From Tubulanus polymorphus (taxonomy: Eukaryota > Animalia > Nemertea), in NCBI RefSeq assembly GCF_964204645.1, contig NC_134028.1, positions 14,701,653 through 14,765,652 of the forward strand: a DNA stretch of 64,000 nt. The letters are read 5' to 3'. The notes beneath the pieces were generated by a model. It searched no databases and had not been told where the DNA came from. It was given only the letters and a program-made list of their open reading frames with translations. The first letter of the stretch is position 1. Every line of letters begins with the position of its first letter. The translations under genes and the position numbers were made by a program. Of the stretch, positions 49,551-61,235 are shown in pieces.

Positions 49551-52500
49551 CACATACAGGTATTCTATTTCCATATGCATATACCCTATATGGATTCCTG
49601 TAGTTATGAAAACTAATAAACTTTCATTCATTGCACTTCAGTCAAATTTTCAAATTTTTCGGTACTTGATCTAGCTACCACATAAGTTCAAAATTTCCCA
49701 AAGTACATGAAAGAATTACAATTTATGACTATTGCCTGATAGAAAACATGTTTGGCAGTTGTTTTAGTGCTGTTTTGAAACCATAACCTTTCCCAGTTTG
49801 GCAGAATTGGATTTTTTCTGAGAAAATAATGAGAAACTATACACGCGGCGGCCATTTTGAATTTCACCGTTGCCATGGCAACGACAACAATCGCCATGAT
49901 GACCAGTGTAAAATAATCCTGTGGTCAATATACATTATATCTGAAAGTTATATGTGAATCCATTTAGTAGTTTTACTGTGGCAGGCAGTTAAAAACTTAA
50001 GGTCAAAAGGCCTGAAATTACCCCAAAAATGGCTTCGCTCTGGTGGCAAAACTTGTCAAAAATGGTGCGCTCACGAAGGGTTAAGAACACATTCTCACGA
50101 TCTTAAGAACACATTATTGTTATTAGGCTACTCAAACTAATTGTCTCTGCGAGTCTCTCTGTGAGTTCACCGAACAAAGTTTTTCACCTTGCATATATAA
50201 AATTTGTCTCATAGTCTAGATAAAAGGATCCAGAGCATCACGATGTGTTCAAAACGAAACAATCCATCGAATATACACTACCAGCTTTACAACGGCAGTC
50301 GCTAGAATGATTGGCAGTAGTTTGGAAGTCAGCCAATTTCCTGGAAACCTAAACTAGGCCACGCGTCTGAGGCACGTTTTCACACGATGCACACTGACTG
50401 CAGTACATTTAAATATAACCACTGATCACATGAGCAACTATCGTTGATATCATACGAGGTATTTCATAGCCGAGATATTTCATAGCAGTCGCAGGATACT
50501 TACTAAAAGTTTTATGCGACGGCTTATTTTGAAAGCCCTGACTCATTACTTGCGACTGAAAAGGGCAGGAGGGCGGACCTACGGCAAGTGATGAGGTCAC
50601 AAGGGTGAGCATGGGACACATCTGAAGGGCACAAGGGCGGCTATTTTCGGGGGCGGGGCGGACCGCCCCTCTATTTTTGGCTAGATGAAGCACTGATCAT
50701 GTTCTCATTAATTCTTGAGAGAAGACAAGATACAACAACCTGATTTTTCTGAATTCGTAAACAATTCAGCTGGGGTTATTTGAGATGGTTTCATCGCTTG
50801 AGTCATTTGTTTTACTGCGGTTGTCGTATTATCCTCTGTACTCTGCTCTTCCACTATTGGAATGAAAAAAAAAACATTCACAATTAGAATAATGAGGATA
50901 GGGTCTGACTATATCATATCACTCAAAACCACCTATTTCATTGTGGCCATTTGTCATTTAAGTGAACATACAATGTTCACACTTTAAACCAACACAATGC
51001 TTTTGCAAGTATTTCCTGTGGTTTCGAAACCTATCATCATTTAACTATCACTTCCAAGATAATTGATCGTGTGACACCACTCTTCAATCCTCAGAAAATA
51101 ATGAAGCGTATTCATCCAGATCAATATAACTGATTAAAGCATTAATTTCCCTTGAAAACTTCACAATAAATAACTACGGTTCCAGGGACACCACGCCTAC
51201 TGAGGAAGTGTTTGAAATGTTCAACAGAAAAACTCAATATTCAATACCCCCTCCCCTGGTTGGCATATTAAGAAAGCAATAACCTTGAAACTCACCACAC
51301 TCATAGAACATGTCGCTAGCTACAATTATGCAGCATATTATGGTTATAAAATATGCCCAGGTACCAATACAAGAGCCCCAAAGGATACTAAGCGCTAGCC
51401 TGCTTTACACATACATGCATAGCAACTGATGCAATCGGTGGGTTAAATTTGTCAATATACAGATGCAAGGAACAAATACCTCAGATCAATCTTTTTCCTT
51501 GGTCTTATTGATTTGGATGCAGAAGAGAAAAGAATTAGACTTTATGTAAATTTGTTCGATAAAACAAAATTGAATTGGATTTGATATATTTTTGCATATG
51601 AAATGATCAAAATGCCCGGAATTATAATATTCAGGATTTTCACATTTTTTCCAAAACATACCATCATCAGCAAACTCTTGGTAATAACAAGATTTTTGAG
51701 AGCGACATTTTTTCTTGTGTTTTCTGTTCTTTTTTATTTTAGCTACTGATGTACTATAGTCATATGTCGGATATTTCCTAATTAGTCACGTGGGCATGGG
51801 CCAACTGATGGCATTCAGAAATGAGGCACCAGATTTCTATAGAAATAATATCCCTATTCATAACCAATTGTGACTGGGACCAGAGCGGTCGCTGGATGCC
51901 CAACTGACTAAGAAAACGTTCTAATAATCCAGTATCACAAATTCACTTATATTCAATCGTTCGTGTACAATAATTCCGTGCACACAATCTCAATACAGAT
52001 ATAATTTGCTTATGCGCCGATGAGTCGGTTTCCTCGACAAAGCGTAAGAAAAGTAAAAATAAGCACAGGAACAAAAACCCTGAAACAAAATTAAATTTAA
52101 TCAGTGTCACGGTATGACCAGTGGAAGGGGAGACCTAAAGGGCTAAATAAATCAAATTACCCTAATGTTTAAGCGGATTGCTATATCAAGTAGTAGTCTA
52201 CAAAAATTTACTCGCCAGAAGGAGAGGAAATATTCCCAGAAACTAAATTTGGGAGGGGAACACCGTCCCACCAACTGCTCCCCACGAAATGACACGACGT
52301 GATAACGTGGAAAGTTTCAGAGATAAGGAAATAAACAAAATTTTGCTATATAGCTATTGTTAAAAACACACGGCTTTCCTTCCACTTAATCATACACGTG
52401 ACTACATCAGGAGATGCTACGAGTTTACTGGGGCAAACTCATAAAAAGTAGAAACAGAGCGAAATAACACCTGAGAACTGTCTTATATTTATTGACTCGG

Positions 52501-55500
52501 TCATAAAATTTAGATTGTTTAGGAGCTGAATCTAGTGTGAATGCAGCTTAATTTACCTAAACTTTGCGCGCAGATGGCCTTAATCGCACCCTGTACACTG
52601 TGTACGGCTATATTATGTTATATGAATAACGGACATAATGAAACTCGTCCGGGTGAACACTGTTGTCAAAGAGAACAGCGTAATTCCAGGCCGCTCAAAG
52701 TGATAACAACCAAACGAAAAGAGGGCCCCAAAAAAATAATGTTGGTGAAAAAAAATTGGTTGGGCCAGGGCCCCCGAAATCGCACCCACTCCGTCGGCCT
52801 AGCAATGCACCATGGGGGATACAAACCTATGTGAAAGATCAAGATAATTGATCAAAGCACTTTTCAAAATCTCCCTTGAAAACTTCAAAAATGTGTAAAA
52901 AGTGCCGATTTTGGCGAACGACAATGGCTTCCAGTAGGCCATCTTGATTTTGATCGGGTCAGTTTTTAGACGGATGCATTGAGGATAGATAGACAGGGTT
53001 CATAGTTGTAAGGCTATGATTAAAGTAAGCACTTATAAGCACTTATTTCAAACAAAAATAAGCACTTTTTGCAGGAAAATCAGGCTAGAAATTTCAAAAG
53101 TTGTACTGTTGCTTTTTGTGTCACTGAAAGTGCACCCAAGTAACAGCCTTGCGGTAAGTTACCTTTCTACTGTGTAACAGATGAGGAGGAGTCAATGATT
53201 CACAATATATAAAGAAACATGTGCTAATGGGCAATCATTTAAAATAGATTCATATTCGATAAAATAGTTTTCCATTTCTTCAACAATGAATAGAGCCCTA
53301 CCAAGAGCTTTCAAGATCTAACTATGCCAATCAACTTCTTCCAAAATCATCTGTGCTAAGGGGCTTTTTGGAATAAAGCATCATTCTACGCGGCACGGAT
53401 CCATGTCAAAAAATCTAAGGCAACAACAGTCGTATCAAGATATTTTCTACCATTAAAAGAAATATTTTTCCGCTTGAAAGTTTACAATTCATTCAAACAT
53501 CTGATTAAGGACCCTGGGTCCAGTAGGATCAACTGTGTACAATTTACCTTTGAGCACAAAAATCGATTTGTTCTGGGATTTGCTACAACGTAAAATAAAT
53601 TGCCCATGGGCGAAGTGTGGTTTACCTTGAAAGCTGTTGTTTGGGGTAAGGGCATTGCTTGAAAAATCTTTTTAATTCGTGACTTCAAAGTTCTACAAGT
53701 TTAAATATTGTATTTTATCTTTCTTAGAGGATTATTTTGTAGTCAAATAAGACCAAAGATATACATTTGTTTACGGTCCACATCCAAAATTTCGTAGGGT
53801 ACAGGTAGGCACAGGTATGATGTCACATATCAAAGGGTGGCTGAATGTATGGCCGCAGAAGCTAAAATACCGGTGCAGTAAGAAATCGGCGTATCAGATC
53901 GTTTTAAATCCTGGAATTTACCACTACAATATTTAGACCTCGACCTATACCTAGTTTGCTGCTTAGTATTTTCAGTATTTTAATATTTATACATGATGTT
54001 GGTTCCAAAGGATACAGTGCGAGCCAATAGGCTGTACTTAGAAATCTAAGGCACTGAAACCCTGTTAGGCCGACTGGATGTACTTTAAATACCGGATAGA
54101 TATCTTAACAATGGGACGGATGAATGCACGCAGGTGGGACTAAACCTACCTGATGAGAACAATTATTACATGGCCCCAATAAATCCCAAAAATATATTTC
54201 AGGCATATTGTAAAAATGAGTCAAAACATCTCTACAAGCATCTTACCTATACGTAGTTCTGTTACCTGTGGCCACCCCAGTGTCCAACGGGCACTAGTTA
54301 AATCCGATTTTGTGAGGTTCCACATGGTATGAGAGATCACATACCACATAATATCCATACATATTATAGAATAAATTGAAAAGTTTGACTGCTGGCTCAA
54401 AAGTAATGGGGAAACTGTCACGGGTTGGCGCGATCTGTGTGCTTTGGTACCGAAAAAACACAAAAGATACTGATCGTGCTTTCCTAGAAATCAAGTCAAG
54501 TCAAATCTACCAATCAAATGAATAAGAGGGGCCAATTCAAGCTAAAAGAATGCCTGTGGTTTTCACCAAAGAAGCATAATTATCAAGTCAATCATGATAA
54601 AACGTGCCGTCTTTGCACGGGTTCTTTGCACTTGTTCATGTCAAAACCTCGATACGTATCAAGGGGCAAGTAAAAAATCAAATGAAACTATAGCTATGAC
54701 CCTTAACACTAGATGAGTCGGCCGGTACACCTCTGATGCCCCCAATGGTAAGCTATGTCCATACTAGACCAATTCCTAAGCTAACAATCGGGTAAAGCTG
54801 TCTACACCTTTGACAGAGATCTTAATTGCAAATGAACTAAAACATGGCAGATTTAGGTTCCAATTTCCGGTTCTGACTAGCACCAACCATCAAAGGAGTA
54901 ATTCCAGAACTTGAATGGCGAGAACAAAAATCTGGGAAAGCTTGATTCCATGTAAGGAGATGACTCCTATGACAGTGATATAACACATGAGAAATCATGA
55001 CTATAAGTTGAAACTGTAGATATCTCCCTCAAAAACTTTTTCTGTCTACAAATGAGGAGTGACAACACAAAGATGGCTACCAATTGCGTCATGCTTGACT
55101 GATACCCTTAAACCAGCAATCGGTCACTAGCAACCCATTTGAATAGACCAGCTACAGTGAATAGAATAGTGTATTGATGTCAGTGAAGCATTTTAACTCA
55201 CTTTTTTGTGAGCAGATGGCGACACCAGACTTCAATGTCTAACACGCATAAAGTGATATATCACACATTTGGCATGTATTAGGAGGTATAGAAACCACGT
55301 GTCATATGGGTCAGATTTTTGAAGTTGAGAAGGTCTTCAGTAGTAATGGCCAATAGTAATTAAGAATATGGGCATTCATACCAAAGGTCGAAGGGTCAAG
55401 CTCGTAAGAAATAAAAATAAATTCTCGCACGCTCGAATTTATTTTTATTTTTTACTCATTCGCCCCTTCAACCTTTGAGATGAAAGCCCATATTCCCAAT

Positions 55501-58500
55501 TACTCTTAAAATATTCATGTTTTAAAAGTGAGAGTAAAATGTTAGCATAATAATCTAGAAAAATAAGATCAAATATAGATTTCGAATGATAAAAATCAAT
55601 TTTAAACATAAAAAGTGTGAGTAAAGTGTGAGTGAAGTAATTCATATTCAAAACAGTGAATATTTATATTTATATGCGTTAAATTCTTGTTTTCAATATA
55701 AAAATAACGAGTAATTAACGAGTTGAAGAAAATATCAATTTTAATAAAAAAATGGCTAATAAATGAATGAACAGATACTACAGTTCAAAGATATCGATTT
55801 AAATGAATTAGAAAAATATTTTACAATTAGAAATTTTATTCCTATTAAAGATTTGATTAAAACTGCACGTTTCCGTTTTCAAGTGAAAAATATTACTGAA
55901 TTAATATTTAACTAGAAAGAAACTTTAAAAGAGGACGTTCGTTTGTGAAACGTATATAGACCTAGACACCTCTCACATTGATTGGAAAATTTGAATACCG
56001 GCTATTCAAGTGTCATCCTACTGTGTAATTCAAAAATTATTCTTTGAGATTCAAAAATCGAGGAATCAACCATAAATTCTGCCATAAGTTTTACATTTAA
56101 TCAAAAAATTGAGTAGGAGGCCGGTGAAGGTTTTAACGTTGAGACTAAATGCAAGTGGATTTAGGGGTTGGACTAGTCCTACCCTTCAGAATTTGAATGT
56201 GCCCGCCAAAAAGTATTTGAATAAATTTTCTAAGCAAAAATAAATCCAAATGGCATAAAATACCCCTTTTGGTCCTATATATTCGGAGGGCCAAAGGAAC
56301 CCCACCAATGTTTGCCTTGCACTTAGATAACCATAAAATAAAAGTAGTCAGGAAGTATTAATGGCAAGAAAACTTGAGTAAAATATTTATCAAACACATT
56401 TTATAACAGGATATGATCTGTAATCAAATGTGTGTCTGCCAGATGATGTTTCTTCTAGGCTGTTTATATCCTAAAAATTAAAAAAAACAAAAACAACGAC
56501 AATAGATATTTCAATACATGTCCCCTGGACAAGAATTATTTCAGAGAGAGTCTATAAAACGCGAATACTTAATTGTACAATCTAATGGCATAGCAGTTGG
56601 CTCCAGTTGAAAAATCATTGGACAAAAGAAAAAATCTAAAAAGTTTTGGTGCCAAAAAATCTAATTTGTTGCCACGTTTGCGCCATGTGCGCCATGCACG
56701 TGGTTATATTATTGTTTACATCTGACGTCATCGGCAGATCACAAGCCCAGCCCCACGTGTCAATCAAATGGCTTATAGGCAAAATGTTAAAAGAACCCTA
56801 CTAAAAAAACTATGCAGTGTAACAATCTGGGATTTTCGGTACAGAATCCGACGCCAAATACCTTTCTCTTAAAGGTTTTTTGGTGTATATCGGATAAATA
56901 ATAATTATGATATTCACTTCATAAAATTTGAAGTGGATTGCTTCTGATTCATGGCGATAATATTAAGTGTTGTGAAATTTGTAATAAAAGATATAAAAAT
57001 AAAAAAATCATTAAGGAATCATAAATATATTCATGAGCTTAACAATAAACTGTATAATTCAAATTAAGTTTGAAAATGAAAAAGATTAATTTCATATACA
57101 TATCGATGGATGAGTGCATGAGTTGGATGAATTGGATGAATGGATGAGTGTTATAATATATATATTTCACTTTTGAACACAAGAATTGGAAGAATAGTAC
57201 GAGTATAAATATAATATTTGTATTCTATATTCCTCTTCGGATGAATCTGATGATCGTGCTGGTTATTAAGGTCTCTGACCAGGGGTTCAGACTAGGAAGG
57301 TAACCCCCAAAATTCACAAATCTGGTATCATTCAAAAGGTTGATAAAAGAGCTTTCATAAAATACACACTATTATGGGGTTATCTCTCACATCAACTGAG
57401 TTACTAAATTTTCCCCTTGCATGGTAAAAAATCAATGACAGGCCGAAAAATACTTGCCAGTAGTTGACTGTCAAAACAATGTTTTCATAATAAATTGTAT
57501 TTTTTGAGAAATGTGTAGTATTAGTTTTATCTATTTCATATATTGGATTTTAACTTTGTTGTAATTACTGAGCACTGAAATGACATTTCTGTGGTTGAGT
57601 TCCTGTTGGATAAGTCCTTCTGTTAATGTCTTTTCCCTGAATAAGCAGTAGTCATACAGAGAAATTCTAATGTTTTATCCTATCTAAGGGGAAACTGGTA
57701 ATTTTTACTCATACAATGTGGGTACTTTCCTGATATTCAAATCACACGAATTCTGGTTTAGTTGGATTGCCGCAAAGATTATCAAACGGGCAAGTTGTGT
57801 CAGGATTGTTGCATTATTGTTGAAGAGCTAGATCAGTCTAAAACTTGGTAAGAAAATTTTACTTCTTAAGAATTATGATTTTAGGTATCTCAATTTGAAT
57901 GTGTATTATTCTAGAATTATTAGACTTTGATATATTAATTGATTGTTCTGTAATTTGTACTAATAAGTTAGATTAAATGTTTAAAGAAATAAACAGGCCT
58001 ATAGAGAACTCATATTTTAATTCTGCATTCGATGTTTAAGTTAAATAATTAGATTAGTGATTGTCTATTGAAATAATATATTATATAGCTTATATCTTAT
58101 GTAACAATTATGTCTTTCAACCTTGAAATTCATGTAGATGTATTCTTTGTATTTTAGTTAACCAAACCAAGTCTTGATATACAACATATATAATATAACA
58201 TCAGGTTAAACAGGTGATCCACACCGGTTAAAGGGGTAAAGAGAAAATGTCATCAAAAAGAATATTGTTTAAAAGTCATTTTCAAATGCGATGTATTCTC
58301 AAATATTAAATATGCTACTGGTTTGAATTTTTGTTCAGCCATTACTGAGAAATGTGACTTACACAACGGCAATTTCAGCATGTGCTCACTCTTATTGTTT
58401 ATGTAAGCATGTGTGTGTTTCTGACATCATCTCTGACAAATGCTTACGGCTTCCAGTCATTTCACTAGGCATTTGATGTAGTATTTTATCGTTATGGGAG

Positions 58501-59318
58501 CGTGTCATGACTGATATGCTATATTCTACATTTCAATATATTATAAGTTACAGTCTATGGTTTTGTATACAATATTCTCAAGTTGGCATCCAATGATATC
58601 ACAATCTATTCTCAATCAACTGTTTACCGACCATATAATCATGTACGCTATAAACAGTCCTCTGAATAAAGCCGTTAGATATTCGAGTTCATATTACTAC
58701 ACCGTGTTGGTCGTTTACTTTGGGTCCGCCGCATTCCGGACAGAGCGATTTCAATTAACAAAACTCCTAATACAGTGTAGTGTTGCTACCATTGTATATG
58801 ATATGATAATCGTATATAAGGGAGTAGCGCTGTTGGTCTGTGAATACGTTGAACAAATATTTATTACATCGATTATACATAGGCTACGCATACTAGCACG
58901 CACACGTGCTGGTGTTGATTGTCATAGAAAACATCATAAATGGCGCCACTGCGGGTTGTATGTGAACTATACGCAGGGAGTGAGGGTTGAATAAATGACT
59001 AATTTATGGCTAATTGGAGCTACTTTTTTCAATCAGTCCGATTTCAGGGGTTATACATAAAGTAAAGTTTCGACTGGTTAAGTCATCATGGAAAGTAAAA
59101 TTTTAATGGCATTTGCCTTTTAAATGCTCTTCTCTAAGCATATTTAAGTCCCAAGTGAGCCAAAAAGGACCACGAGTACATCTTAATGTTGAGAACAAAA
59201 ATCAATTTGTTCTGAGATTTGCAATATCGAATAAAGATGAAATCAATCGTATCTATAGTAAGCAGGTTCAATTGTTATGATATACATGGTAATGGGTTTC
59301 CTTATGACTCACTAGTGA

Positions 59319-59558
59319 TGTAATCATTTTCAAGTAAAAAGGTCAAAGATCAACGGGGAAAAGTTCATTGAAATTTTATCCCAGTACTTCCTAACGGCTG
59401 TAATCATTTTCAAGTAAAAAGGTCAAAGATCAATGGGGAAAAGTTCATTGAAATTTTATCCCAGTACTTCCTAACGGCTGTAATCATTTTCAAGTAAAAA
59501 GGTCAAAGATCAATGGGGAAAAGTTCATTGAAATTTTATCCCAGTACTTCCTAACGGC
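59319..59558. repeat. 80 bp tandem repeat, three near-identical copies
   Basis: TGTAATCATTTTCAAGTAAAAAGGTC...CCTAACGGC starts at 59319, 59399 and 59479. Confidence 0.97.
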
Positions 59559-59967
59559 TTAGAGGTGAATGAAAAAATTTCCACATTTTATTCTAAATGT
59601 ACAGGATTTTTTATTGGTAGAGTAACAGTTTAAATACCTGCATGTCATGAGTAATGGTAAATCATCTATTACCTTTGACAGCTGAATCTATTATCGGTTT
59701 CTTCTCCTTTTTAATTTCCATAACTTCTTCCTTTGAACTTGCACATAAAGGTAATTTTATTGGTATCATAGATTTATCTTCCTCTCCACTGTACACAATA
59801 AACTACAATAAAATGATGAAATCGTAAAGAGCTATTTCCACGGAAATTGGATGGATCGAGTAGGCCACACAAAGAAATACCCTAGTTTGTCATCAGATTT
59901 TTTTTCTAGAAAGTGACAAGGACAGGCGAATTCTATTTTTATTGCTTCTTTAATTGAAAAAGTTGAA

Positions 59968-61235
59968 TTACAAGGAGCCTATCGGCTTATATAGCTCTGC
60001 TGTGTGATTTGAAAAAATGGAAGCTGCATATCTAGGGGTGCCCCTTTTGGCCAAATCCAAAAAGGGATCTGTACTATTTAGTAGGTATTTGTCCATAGAA
60101 CATTCATACCAAATTTGGACTTGATCTGATTAAAACTCTGGACTAATAGCAATTTGAAGAAATAGAAACTCCACCCCCAGGGGCGCCCCCTGGTGGACTA
60201 ATAAAAAAAATGGCTCTGTAACTTCATAGGCTGTGGTCCATAGAACATTCAACCAAATTTGGAATTGATCTGATTATAACTGTAGGACTATCGTATTTTC
60301 CGGCCAATAAGCCGATTTTCTAGCCTCAGATTTTTACCCAAAATATCGTGATCGGCTTATTGGGCGGATACGATCCGACATAAAAAATCACTTCCTGATC
60401 TATGCCACTCTAATGCTCTCAATGATCGTCAAAATCAAGCAAAGTGGTCGATATTTATTTGAGGTCATTATTTACTACCAATTATAATCTATTTTGAACT
60501 ATTTTATTTTTATTTTTTTCTTTGATTGTTCTATCACCGCACAGCGGCAAGGGTATACATTTATATAACGCGCGAGTTCATCGTACTACCACGTGTCAGT
60601 TCATACATTAGTATATATGCAAATCAGCAGTGAGCCGCGTACTGCGTGTATGGCTGTGTGTATAGTAATCAGCTGAGTGAGTCTATATATAGCACAGTCA
60701 CTCGGCGATGATAGTATACACAGCACTCTCACACATCGGCGGGCGCTACTGTCAGCCTCTTAAATCGTCGATTAAGACGAACTAATTGACAAATCAGTGA
60801 ATTAAAATCTCTGATGAAGGGCCTCGGCTTATTGGGCGAAGCTTTATGAAATCCATGTATTTAAGGCTAAAAAACTGCCCTCGGCTTATTGGCCGGAAAA
60901 TACGGTAGTAGCGATTTGAAGAAACAGAAACTCCACCCCAAGGGGCGCCCCCTGGGGGAAGATTCAAAAAATGGCTCTGTAACTTTATAGGCCTAGGTCC
61001 ATAGAACATTCATACCAAATTTGGAATTGATCTGATTTAAACTGTAGGACTAGTAGCGATTTGAAGAAATAGAAACTCCACCCCCAGGGGCGCCCCCTGG
61101 GGGACGAATCCAAAGAATCGCTCTGGAACTTTATAGGCCCAGGTCCATAGAACATTCATACCAAATTTGGAATTGATCCGATTAAAACTGTAGGACTAGT
61201 AGCGATTTGAAGAAATAGAAACTCTACCCCCAAAC
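59968..61235 (-). repeat. HINE-like element with ~146 bp tandem array
   Basis: Units with CATAGAACATTCATACCAAATTTGGA and CCCCAGGGGCGCCCCCTGG; ACAAGGAGCC..GCTCT end at 59968. Confidence 0.7.
60291..60905. mobile_element. Tc1/mariner-type MITE with TA duplication
   Basis: TA|TCGTATTTTCCGGCCAATAAGCCGA ... TCGGCTTATTGGCCGGAAAATACGG|TA; neighbouring array units show the empty site GTAGGACTAGTAGCG. Confidence 0.92.

Larger units (their letters stand above)
47061..50080 (+). mobile_element. Full-length piggyBac transposon
   Basis: TTAA|CCCTTCGTGAGCG ... CGCTCACGAAGGG|TTAA: perfect 13 bp TIRs around a transposase gene. Confidence 0.97.
46632..50695. mobile_element. Non-autonomous TIR element with 5 bp TSD (hAT5-like) hosting the piggyBac
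   Basis: ATCAT|CAGCGCTTCATCTAGC ... GCTAGATGAAGCACTG|ATCAT; an inverted copy of its left end lies at about 44342-44505. Confidence 0.7.

Noticed and set aside
46632-50695. Transib or RAG-like transposon because of the 5 bp TSD
   Set aside because: The termini are CAG, not CAC, there is no RSS-like heptamer/nonamer, and no RAG-like ORF is present
58557-58994. 145 aa ORF as a host gene
   Set aside because: No recognisable motif or splice context; expected by chance
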